DNA of 30,938 bases from Selaginella moellendorffii (Eukaryota; Plantae; Lycopodiophyta). Position numbers and translations under genes: made by a program. Position 1 is the first letter of the stretch. Each line of letters starts with the position of its first letter. The stretch lies in the NCBI RefSeq assembly GCF_000143415.4, contig NW_003314387.1, positions 347,828 to 378,765 of the forward strand, read 5' to 3'. The notes under the pieces were generated by a model. The model did not search any database and was not told where the DNA came from. It saw nothing but the letters and a program-made list of their open reading frames with translations. This document shows, in pieces, positions 20,834 through 30,938 of the stretch.

Positions 20834-21411
20834 TCACGCTAGGCATCCTGGGTGATGCCGTCCGTAGATGCATATACGGAGGTTGGGTTCGAGTCCCGAC
20901 CCTCTAGTGCTTGGGTTCAAGTCCCAATGCACTAGGGCGTGGTGATGGTTTGGAATATGAGGACACTCATTTTTCGGTGGTCATGGACTCTCAGTGTGGA
21001 GACTGGTTTGGGCACACTGCCAAGCAAGGGATGCCTCGGAGTCGTGATGCACGGTTAGATTGCTTAGTGTGGCTCAGCATATCTAACTTAAACACTTTGG
21101 TGCCAGTGGCACCAAGGACGTGGTGAATGAGATGGGGACACCCAGTCTCAGTTGCTATGGACCCTTGGCCGGAAGGGCTGGCTTGGGCACACCGCCAAGT
21201 GTGGGGGATGCCCCCAGGGTCGTAGTTAACAAGTTAAAGGTCTGGAAGACCTAGTACCTATTGGCAAACCTGTTAAGATGCCGAGCTGAGATCACTTGAT
21301 CTTGTGGCTAAATAAGGACAAGGTCCTTGTTTGGGCTAAGGAATAAGGTTCCTAGTTCAAAGTGTTGATTTGAACTATTGATGATGGTGTGGCTTGGTCA
21401 AGGTGACCAAG
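20834..21411 (+). other. Structured RNA domain inside the non-autonomous element
   Basis: Five-way junction with two T-loop hairpins (20834-20942), two covarying four-way junctions (20981-21047, 21155-21225) and further perfect hairpins (21353-21377, 21393-21411). Confidence 0.7.
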
Positions 21412-22376
21412 TGGGAAAAGCACATTAGGGAAATGAACTATGTCATTGCGATGGCATAGTGTGTCCAAGGAAAGTAGTGTCTAAAGAGACCTATGGGAGG
21501 GTCACAAAGTTGGGCCGTGGATAGAGCCCACAGCAGAAGCTAAAAAGACTTACTAAGGGTGAACACCCTAGTCTTGGCAAAGCAGAGCCTTTGCTATGGA
21601 ATCAAAAGAATACCTCAAGGAGGGAGGCAGAGATTCAGTGTTTCTTGGTGCAACAATCAACGGATAGGAGCAAAAGATGAGTGGCCAAGATAGGGCCATG
21701 GAATCCCTTGGAAGGAATCCAAGTGACAAAGTTAGGCAAGAAACAATAATGTGTTGGACGCTAACAAATTGCGAGAAAGGAAGTGTGTTTCCAAGGATGG
21801 ATTCCGAATTGTTCCGATTTGGCGAAAGTGGAAGTTCCAAGGGAGGGAGCAGTAAGGTAGCCAAATGATAGGGCCATGGACAACCCTAGCACAAAGTATG
21901 ATAAATGGAACTTAGTGCCCAAGGTGGCACGAAATAGAAGAGAAGATGATGGTGCCCTCAAGTAAAGAACTTCCTAGGATGGGAAGTGGAGTTGCACAAT
22001 ATGTGCAATGCAAGGTGTTGGAGACACCTAGGAAAATTGACTTCAAGAAGTCAAAAGTAAACGTTCCAAAGTGCAAAGGTTATATCAATGAAAATTGAGA
22101 CTACTCAAGATGGAGTAGTGGGATTGAGATAGAGACGGTGTCTCTAACAAATTTAGCGAGAACTAAACCAATAAACGGAAGGAACCACCACAAGTGGTCC
22201 AATCAATCTCTAAGTTAGAGAGACTATCCTCCTTAGAGGATGGACAAGGCATGGTGAGCCTTCGGGGTCAAACCATAGACAAATATTGGCCGGGTGCCAA
22301 GGATGGGAATGGTAATATCTGCGGGTGTGACTTTATAAAAGGGTTTACCGTTCGATGAGGACATCAAACTTCGTCT

Positions 22377-22390
22377 ATGGGTGGTGGAGT
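22377..22390 (+). other. Degenerate polypurine tract
   Basis: ATGGGTGGTGGAGT immediately before the 3' LTR. Confidence 0.55.
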
Positions 22391-24109
22391 TGTGAGACAC
22401 AAAATCCCTAGGCCCCAAAGTGGAGCTGGAAAGGGTGCCACGTGGTAGTGGCCGAAGTGAAAGCCAAACGAGCGTAACACATTTGGACTAAAAGCTCCGA
22501 CTTGAAAGGTTGAGAGCGGGAGTGGAACTCCTAACAAAGTGCTCGAGGAACAAGCACGAAGCGAGCAATAAGCGAGGCTCCAAAAAGGGACCCAAAAAGG
22601 ACCAACACATGACACGTGGAAGTGTCTGAGGTGGAGTCCGAGATGGAGTCCGAGATGGAGTCCAAGATGGAGTCCGAAGTGGAGTCCGAGATGGAGTCCG
22701 AGATGGACCGAGACGAAGTCCGAGATGGAGTCCGAGATGGACCCGAGACGGAGTCCGAGATGGAGTCCGAAGTGGAGTCCGAGATGGAGTCCGAGATGGA
22801 CCAAGACGAAGTCCGAGATGGACCCGAAATGGAATCCGAGATGGAGTCCGAGAAGGACCCGAGATGAAGTCCGAGGTCAAGACCGAGACCGGGACCAAGA
22901 CCGAGACCGAGACCGAGACCGGGACCGAGACCAAGATCGAGACCGGGACCGAGACCGAGACCGGGACCGAGACCGAGACCGGGACTGAGACCGAGACCGG
23001 GACCGAGACCGAGATTGAGGCAAAGGCCAAGACCGAGCCCGAGCCCAAGCCCGAGCCCGAGTCCGAGTCCAAGTCCGAGTCCGAGTCCGAGTTCGAGTCC
23101 GAGTCCGAGTCCGAGAGGGTGAAAGCCCAAAGCATTCATCTCCCAGACCCTGGGGGTTTGGTGAGCTCCAAAAGTATAGTAAGGGGGAGGACTGTAGTGG
23201 AGCCAGTTTGGCCAGGAAAGGCCAGTTTGGCCCAAGAAGGCCAGACCCAGTGTTGGGTGATGAACTGACCACTAGGAAGTCCAAGACTAGAGTGAACACG
23301 GACCGACAAGCGGGGTAGCTTGGTGAAGTGTTCAAGAGCCGGCTCTAGTTCCCCCGGGAGATCGACTGGCCGATGCTCCTAGTCCAAGTGTGGGTGGCAC
23401 TACCTACTTGGATACCAGGCGTGGCTCAATGGAACCTCGCTCTAAGCCCATGGCTAGAGCGCCCAAGGGCGGAAGGTGGGGAAAGTACCTAGGTGGCTCA
23501 TGTAAGGCCACGGTGTTCCGAAATGTCGTCCCAAAGGCCCAGATTGTGGAAAGGAAGAGGAGTAGTCCTCTGGGGTGTGACCAAGGACACAGTCGTGTGG
23601 TGATGAAGTCCCAGAGGACCGTGGGGCTTAGTGGTCGGGCCGGTGGGCCTCGATCCAGTGGCAGTGTTGGCAAACACAGCCAAAGGCAAAAAGGGACTTA
23701 GTGGGGACTGACAGACGGATATTGGGGAAGGCTATTCCCTTTGTCGGTGAGCATCCTAAGGATGCTAAGGAGTGGATCTGGGATGACCACTCATGGATGG
23801 TTGGCCTAGTCTTGGAAAGACAAGACTGTGTTGCAAGTGGTATTGGACTACCAGTGCAGCAAAGGTGATTGGGCATGGCCTTAGCGTAACAGGCTGTTAT
23901 GTTGGTGGTACCTTTGAATGTCGGTCATGGGATCGGACACATGGAACACTTGGACCAGGTGCAAGGGTTGAGTGGCATGGATGCCATTTTTGGGGCTAGC
24001 AAGTCCCAAGTCCTGAATTGGACTTATGGAGGTTGTGAATGAGACTCCTCCAAATGGTCGGAGGTGTGGTTAAGTGACTAAAGTAGAATGGAAAAATTAG
24101 TCGCTTACA
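22391..24109 (+). mobile_element. 3' LTR (1719 bp)
   Basis: Direct repeat of 16795-18358 with longer arrays and a short local duplication at ~23221-23239. Confidence 0.95.
22628..23116. repeat. Expanded compound minisatellite in the 3' LTR
   Basis: Same 12-mer and 6-mer units as 17030-17386, with more copies. Confidence 0.95.
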
Positions 24110-25430
24110 TCCTGCTCCATGATCCTGGTGTTTCTCGCTGTGTTCTTGGTCTCGGGAGTTGCATTTGCTTTGTTGGATGTGGGTGACGTGGTCGGGCCAG
24201 ATTCTTTGAGGTGGTTGGAGATGAGCTTTTCAGTTTGATGGTGGATGAACAGCCCAGATGTGGCGCTGAAATTAATTTATCCGTTCAGAAACTTTTCGCT
24301 TGGAATTTTGTTGAAGGGGCGGAATTTTTGTGAATGCTGGTCATGGTATTTGCTGGAGGAGGCATGCTTGTGTGTTCTTCAAGTGATTGGTGAAGGTAGT
24401 CAATGTTTTCCTTTGTGGAACGTGTCGAGGAGGTCGAGGCTTTGAGAATGTTGTTCTCAACTGGTGGAGAAATTGAGTTCAGGGCGAGCAGCTGACATTT
24501 TCCTTTGGCAATGTTGATGTGTTTGTGAGAAATTGTCGGTTTTGGGGCTGATTCAAGTGGATGCGGGCTCTGGGGTGAGTGTGGATGGTGGTGTGAGTTA
24601 TCTTCATTGTCGCTGATGATGAGGTGCTCTCAAATTAGCGGTGGCGGCGAAGTGGAGTTGAATTGTTGGAGTGTTTGTTGCTAGAGCTGGTGTTGTTGGA
24701 GTGAGTTGAGCCTGATTGTTGAGATGTTGGCTTCGGTTTCTTGCTGGGAGTTGCTCCTTCTGATTCTGACTGTTCTTCGAAGCTGTCACTTTGTTCTGTG
24801 GAGTTCATTTGGGTTGTCCACGGTTGTTTGTTGGGAAGAGCTTGGTGTAGAGCAATCAGCAGTGGGAATATTACTGTCCGCATGGTCTTTTTGTTGAGTG
24901 TGGTGAGGATGGCGCAGTCGAGAAGCTTGAGAAGGAGCTCGTGGAGATGATGAGCCACGTTCACACGTTTGCCGTCAAGTAGAGCTCTGTAGACTTCTAC
25001 TCTGCACTTGCCAATGGTGCGATCTATTGGGCGAAGTTCGTAGTAGAGGAGGAGGGATTTGAGGCGATCCATATGCTGCTCCTCGATGTCCTCCCATGTG
25101 AGCTCACCGGTAATTTCTCGATTGGCCTTGATGATTTGCTGTGGAACTTCTCCTGAAAATTTGAGCAGTCCCTTGTTGGAGATTTTGAAAACAGAGGCGA
25201 TTCTTGGTGATTTCGTTGGTGCTGTCGGTTATGGTGCCATTCTTGGGGTTGAAGGAGGCGGCCAGCTTCCTTGCTAGTTTTTGATCAGGGTGTGTTGAAA
25301 AGGCCTTGTGGAGGAGCTTGAATCCATGGCCCTTGAGCCAGGTGGTTGTGTCGTTGCTGGGAAGCCTAGGAATATGGTGTATGACGTATCTGAGGCGCCG
25401 CTGTGGATGAGCTAGCATCTTTCTCTTCAT
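24110..25430 (-). pseudogene. Extra 3' ORF of the gypsy element (Athila ORF/env-like position)
   Basis: ORFs 25104..25430 and 24635..25072 are joined by a frameshift. YRALLDGKRVNVAHHL...FPLLIAL resembles Athila-type extra ORFs. Lies between INT and PPT. Confidence 0.6.
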
Positions 25431-25803
25431 TTTCTGTGGTCGAAGTGCTCACCCCGTTAGGGTTCTTGAAACCTGTAACTGTTGGTTGGCTGATTGTGTG
25501 GCGCTCGATTGTTGGTGATGAATGGTAGAGATTTGTTGACGGAATTGATGTGGTTTGATTTGGCTTGATTGCAGATCAATGGTGGATATTGCTGATGAAG
25601 TTAACTCAAGTTCAACTATTGATATTTGCTCAGGTGGCGTTGATCCAACAGTAGCTTGGGACTTAGAGATTTTTGCTGCTGTTTATTGCTGAAGTTGGTG
25701 GATGAGTTCGTGTTGAGTTGAGTTGAGTTGAGTTGTGTCGAACTGATTTGAGTTAAAGTTTGTCTGCTGGGGTGAGTGTCGATTGTTGGTTTTGGGGTGT
25801 TTG

Positions 25804-28260
25804 TCAGTTTGGGTCGGAAATTTGCTGAGGTGCTGATGCTGAATATGTCGACGTGATATGGTCGAAGCTTGTTGAGGTTGACGATCTCAATGAAGTCTTC
25901 AGTGAGTGTGCTGACTTTGGCGGTGCCGTTGGGGTATAGTTCAATGATTTTGAAAGGTCCTTGCCATTTGGTGTGGAGTTTTCGGCCAAGTTTGCCGATG
26001 GGTCCTCGGTATCAGAGAACATGATCGTCGACGTTGTATTTGGGAATGTTATACCGGGATGCTTGTCAGTCATGCCGAGCTTTTCTCTGTTTTTGGATGG
26101 CGTGAAGTGTCTAGAGGGCGTTGAGTCGGAGTTTGTCGAGATGTTCGAGTTGCTGAAGCCTTTCTCGAACTGCATGTTGCTGTTGCTTTTGCTGTGGCAT
26201 GTCAGAGAGGTATTGCTTCGGCCCACTTGGTAGTGTAATCGGTGGTGATGATGATGTACTGATTTCGTTGACGGGTGCTGACTTGGGGTCCGATGAAGTC
26301 GAGTCCCCATTTCTGAAATGGTGCCATTGGGAATGTTGGGTTGAGTTGTTGAGTCTGAGTTTTTTGGCAGTAATCGGTGTTGGTTGACAGTATGTAGTGT
26401 TGGAACTTTTGAAGTGAGTAGATCATGCCGAGAGCTTTTTTCTTGGTGGTGGTGTAATTTCGTTCAGCTGGGTTGAGTAGTCAGCTGGCGTAGTAGATTG
26501 GTTGATCTCGGTTGTTGTGTTTAGTTTGGCTGAGAATTGCACTAGTGACAATGTCGAAAGTGTCGACATGAATGTGGAACTCTTGTGTCCAATTGGGCTT
26601 GGAAAGGATTGATGCTGTTGTTAGTTTGAGTCAGAGAATGTCGAATGCTTGTTGCTGTTCAAATGTCTATGTCCATTGGGCATCTTGCTTCAATCCATTG
26701 GTGAGTGGTTTGGCAATGTGAGCGTACTTGTGGATGAATCGTCGGTGATATCCGACTTTGCCGAGGAAGCGCTGAAGTTCTTTGTCGGGGTTGAGTGCTA
26801 TGTCTTTGTTCTCCTCGCACTTGTTGAGGCATTTCTCCAGGCATTCAAGATGTCGATCTTCCAAGATGAAAACGCTGAAGTCGTCCATGAAGACTCTCAT
26901 GAAGTCGGTGAGGTATTCTCGGAAAGTGTTGGTGACAAGCCTTTGGAAGGTGAATGGGGCGTTGTAGAGTCCAAAAGGCATTCGTCGGTAAGCATAGGCT
27001 CCCCATGGAATGATGAATGCTGTCTTGTGCTGATCTTCTTCGGCAATGTAAATTTGGTTGTAGCCAGAGAAACCATCGAGGAAGGAGTACATCTCGTGTC
27101 CGGCGACTACGTCAAGAACTTCATTGGTAAACGGTATTGGGAAAACATCTTTTTCAGTGGCGTCGTTGAGCTGTTTATAGTTGACGCAGATTCGAAGTTT
27201 GCCATTTTTCTTTGGCACAACCACCAATGGTGAAAGCCAAATCGGATTCTGAATCGGGTAGATGTACTCGACTTGGAGAAGCTTGTTGAGTTCTTTCTTT
27301 ACTTGTTCCATCAGATTCGGATTCATCCGGTAGGCTGCTTGGCTTCTTGGTTTTGAGTCTGGAAGAAAGGTGATGGTGTGAAGGCTGAGTTTGGGCGAAA
27401 TTCCCTTAAGGTCTCGATAACTCCAAGCGAACAAGTGTTTCTTCTTTTGGAGAAGATTGATGCCTTTGTCTCAAAAACTTGCCGAGATGTCGGTAGCGAG
27501 TACAATGTAGTGTTCGTTGCCATCATCGGCAAGGCTGAATTTTTTGAGTTTTTGGTCGGCTGGAATTGACGGAATGTAGGCAACTTTGTTGTGGTTGTCG
27601 ACTGTGAATGTCGGTGGCGCTTCGAGTTTTGTATCTCGAGTGACTGGATTTTTTAGTGCTGATGTAATCGGGGGTCGTTCTCATTGGAAGTCGGCGACAA
27701 TTCGGAAGAGGTCGATCTCGGCCAAAGGTTCGAGATCGGGGTAGGCTTTGAGAATTTGTTGTTCTTCATAGTTGTCGAGGCCATCTTCGAGATTAAATTC
27801 TTCCAAGTCAATAGGTCGGTTTTGGCTGGACAGTGATTTGGTCGCTTTTGTCGACACAGTTGTCGGTCTGTCTGGTCTGTGAAGGATAAGATTGTCATTG
27901 GGCCAATCTTGATAAACTTGGGCAGTTCGGAGCCAAGGTCAACCGAGGAAAATCAAGTATCCATTGGTCTGCTCTGGTAGTTTGAGGACGACATAGTTGA
28001 CTGGTATTTCAACGCCTTGAATGGTGGGGTTGACTTTTTGGATGATGCCTTTGGGTTGAATAGATCGGTGGTCGGCCATTTGGACATTGAAAGGTGCTGG
28101 GTGGACTGGGCCAATGTTGAGTTGTTGAACAAGACTTTCTTCAATAATATAAACGCTAGAGCTGCTGTCAATTATGGCTCCTCGAACAAGGTGTTTGTCG
28201 AGTCGTAGGTCAATTGTCGGAACATCATTGTCACAATCGCCTGGTTGAATCTCAATTCGA
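25804..28260 (-). pseudogene. pol: pol: protease (IIDSSSS), RT (FLDGFSGYNQI, MPFGL, FMDD), RNase H (HVD, YYAS, NYTTT), integrase fragments (WGLDFIGP; GPF)
   Basis: Motifs read from the ORF track and by manual translation. Several internal deletions, frameshifts and stops. Confidence 0.92.
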
Positions 28261-30055
28261 AATGTGTCAACAGCTGTCTGTGTGGAGTTGAGTGTGGGCA
28301 AGTCTGTCAAAGTGTTGGTCGGTGCAGATGTTAGATCGGTGAGCTGTTNNNNNNNNNNNNNNNNNNNNNNNNNNNNNNNNNNNNNNNNNNNNNNNNNNNN
28401 NNNNNNNNNNNNNNNNNNNNNNNNNNNNNNNNNNNNNNNNNNNNNNNNNNNNNNNNNNNNNNNNNNNNNNNNNNNNNNNNNNNNNNNNNNNNNNNNNNNN
28501 NCTGGTACTGAGTCTTGGCATTGTTGTCGAGCTGGTGATGGTTGAGCTTCATTGTCAGAGTCTAAAATCACTAATTCAGGTGGTTGTAGAGCGAGTTGCC
28601 GTTGTATCTTGGCGGCTAACTTCTGCTTCTTTTCCCATTCCTGGAGTTTTGTCGGGCTCTCAAGGCCTTTCTCTTTACTATCTCTAGAATCTCTGTCTGG
28701 TTGTTGTTGTTTTTTTGCTCGAATTTGTGCTCGGGTTTGTACTGCCATGACTTGAGGATCTAAGTCATCATTGTCGGCATAAGGTAGTTCATCGGTCTCG
28801 ACCATCCTTGTTGTTGGTGGTTGCTGCTGGTTTTGATCTTATTGTCGAGGAGGCGGTGGACCAAGTCTCGGCGGACTGCCTTGGTTTTGAAGTCGAGGTT
28901 GCCATGCTCGGTTGTTACAGTTGCCTTGGTAGCCATGGTCTTGATAACCTTGGCCTTGGTATCTTCAGTTTTGGTATCTTGGGTATTGTTGGTATCCTTG
29001 GTTGTAGTTGTCTCGGTTTGCTGGGTAGTTCCAGTTCGGCGGGTGTTGTTGATCGTTGTAGTTGTTGTTGTAGTCGTTATTGTAATTGTTGTAGCGAGGT
29101 TGATCATTCCATTGTCAACTCTGGTGTTGGAAGTTGTTTCTCAGCAGTCTCCAGTTTGTCGGAGGTGGTGGCTGGTAATTGTTGAAGTATTGATTTGGAT
29201 ATGGTTGTCGAAATTGCTGTCGGGGATAGTTCAAGACTTGTCAAACTTCTGGAGAATTTCAAAATTTTCAAGTTTTGGCGTCATGACCTTCTTTGGTACA
29301 GATCTGGCATTTGGAGATTTGGAGCTTGCAGTCACTTGCTGGATGTCCTTCGTTCTTGCACTTAGTACACCAAATTCTAGATCGAAATTCTTTGATGTCG
29401 GCCTTGGCTTTTCCCTTGAGCTTGTCGATTGTTTTCTTGAGTTTCCGAAGTTTTGACTTGGTGCTCTCTCCGAGTTCATCTCGGAGTTGTCGTCGGAACT
29501 GCTATCAGAATCTGAGTTATCTGTGTCATCTACTTGTGCTGTCATTCGTCGAGCTTGAACATCTTGATGGGCTCTTGTGAGTTCGAGATAAGTGGCAACA
29601 TTGATGTGCGTTGCCGCTTCTCAGAGGGATCGTTGGAGTCCTTGCATGTACCATTGGTAAAGTAATGTTTCGGTGGCACTGTTTCCGCATTTGCTGGCAT
29701 GTTGAGTGAAGGTTTGAGTGTAGTTGTCGATGGATTGACCAGACTTCTACTTGAGTTTTTGGATCTTGTGAAGTCGTTGGCTTTGAGTGAGGGAAGACTT
29801 GAATCGGTCTACGAGCTTGAGTGCGAGGTCGTCGAAACTTGTATTTTGAGGAAGCGTTTGAGCCCATTTGTTGGCTCTCTTTCGAAGGGTACATCAGAAA
29901 TAGTATGGAAGTTCAGTCGTTTGGCCGTTGATTCAGATTTCTTCTCGGAACTGTTCAACATGTTTCTCGGCGTCTTCTGACTTCAGACCATGAAATAGTG
30001 GATAGGAGACGTGTCTTCCAACAGGTATGTTGGCGACGGCGGTAGTGACTGCCAT
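28261..30055 (-). pseudogene. gag: gag, degenerate
   Basis: MAVTTAVANIP..YPLFHGLKSEDAEKHVEQF...SIDNY...WYMQGL is a capsid-like pattern. It is followed by Ser/Asp- and Asn/Gln-rich low-complexity segments, upstream of the protease. Confidence 0.75.
28349..28501. other. Assembly gap (153 N)
   Basis: Run of N. Confidence 1.
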
Positions 30056-30938
30056 TTGCTGATGATATTTTCGTAGATGAAGGTTGCTGTTGCTTTCGCT
30101 GTGGCATGTCGAAGAGGTATTGCTTCGGCCCACTCGGTAGTGTAATCGGTGGTGATGATGATGTACTGATTTTGTCGACGGGTGCTGACTTGGGGTCCGG
30201 CGAAGTCGAGTCCCCATTTCTGAAATGGTGCCATTGGGAATGTTGGGTTGAGTTGTTGAGTCTGAGTTTTTGGCGATAATCGGTGTCATTGACATGTGTC
30301 GCAGCATTTGCAGAATTCTTCAGTGTCATGCCAGAGTGTCGGCCACCAGAGGCCGGCTTGAAGAATCTTCCGAGTTGTGGTGTTAGCAGCAAAGTGTCCG
30401 CCGGAAGGTCCATCGTGAGCTTCCTTGATGATTTGAGTTGTGCTTGGCGGCTTGATGCATTGGTGAAGAATGTTGTCAATTCCTAGTTTGTAGAGAGTGC
30501 CTCCGATAACTGAGTATCGTTGGGTTTTAGCAACAAAAGTCTTCTTTTGGTCGGACGTAGTGTACTGATCTGGAACTTTTGCTGAGTTCAGGTAACTGAA
30601 GACGTCATCAAGCCAGGTTGCTGGTATTGAAACTCGGAATAGGTTTGAGTCGGGTAAGTCATCAGTAAGTCTTTTGGGTTTGTCGCCGGTGGTGATCCGG
30701 CTGAGATAATCTGCTTGCTTGTGATTTTTGCTGGGTTTGTGGAGGATCTCGAAGTTTTATTCTTGTAGTAAAAGGAACCATCTTAATATTCGACCAGATA
30801 GTATCGGCTTGTTGATGAGGTAAAGGAGTGCCTTGTGGTTGACGAAAAGGACGACTTTGGTTGACAGTATGTAGTGTCGGAACTTTTGAAGTGAGTAGAT
30901 CATGCCGAGAGCTTCTTTCTTGGTGGTGGTGTAATTTC
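30056..30938 (-). pseudogene. pol: Second RNase H-integrase (zinc finger plus start of core) segment upstream of gag
   Basis: KFRHYIL..NHKAL..RW..LLQE..HKP..ADYLSR; H-x6-H..WWPTL..C-x2-C; WGLDFAGP..DYTTEWAEA. Near-identical to 26176-26461 where they overlap. Confidence 0.9.

Larger units (their letters stand above)
16795..24109 (+). mobile_element. Nested full-length non-autonomous (LARD-like) gypsy-derived LTR element, 7315 bp
   Basis: Two highly similar LTRs, a PBS, a purine-rich tract and a near-TSD TCCTT/TCCTG. The internal 4 kb lacks long ORFs. A faint integrase trace (W..I..DFI/GLP) lies at ~22305-22350. Confidence 0.9.
15886..30938 (-). mobile_element. Ty3/gypsy non-chromovirus LTR retrotransposon (Athila/Tat-related), defective, 5' end outside window
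   Basis: Order gag-PR-RT-RH-INT-extra ORF-PPT-LTR on the minus strand. Integrase C-terminus KLHTKWQGPFKIIELYPNG...VNLNKLRPY with no chromodomain seen. Confidence 0.9.

Noticed and set aside
28808-29456. Plus-strand hydrophobic Val/Leu-rich ORFs
   Set aside because: Antisense shadows of the Asn/Gln/Thr-rich gag region.

Overview
Eukaryotic, land-plant nuclear DNA. PLS-class PPR motifs, 55-66 bp introns and the retroelement types suggest a lycophyte such as Selaginella; this is inference. No intact full-length host gene is evident. Layout: (1) 1-4726 is the 3' part of a decayed LTR retroelement (T/G-skewed ORF-free internal region, hairpin-rich 3' region, PPT, LTR 3593-4726). (2) 4727-15885 is a heavily deleted pseudogene mosaic built from a repeated unit [F-box/LRR remnant]-[~100 nt conserved hairpin/B-box element]-[PPR remnant], in direct and inverted orientation. 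It also holds a 3-exon START-like fragment, a frameshifted Crinkler/RHS-type P-loop NTPase and a tRNA-like element whose two ends base-pair. (3) 15886-30938 is a minus-strand non-chromovirus Ty3/gypsy element (short LTR, PPT, extra 3' ORF, deleted and duplicated pol). A complete non-autonomous plus-strand LTR element (16795-24109; PBS-iMet, near-TSD, hexamer arrays in the LTRs) is nested in it. That nested element carries a compact structured-RNA domain: a five-way cloverleaf with two T-arms plus two tandem four-way junctions showing compensatory base changes. The best leads are this structured RNA domain, the conserved element between the F-box and PPR remnants, and the tRNA-like element at 12.7 kb. 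All alignments and folds were done by eye, so boundaries of decayed features are approximate.
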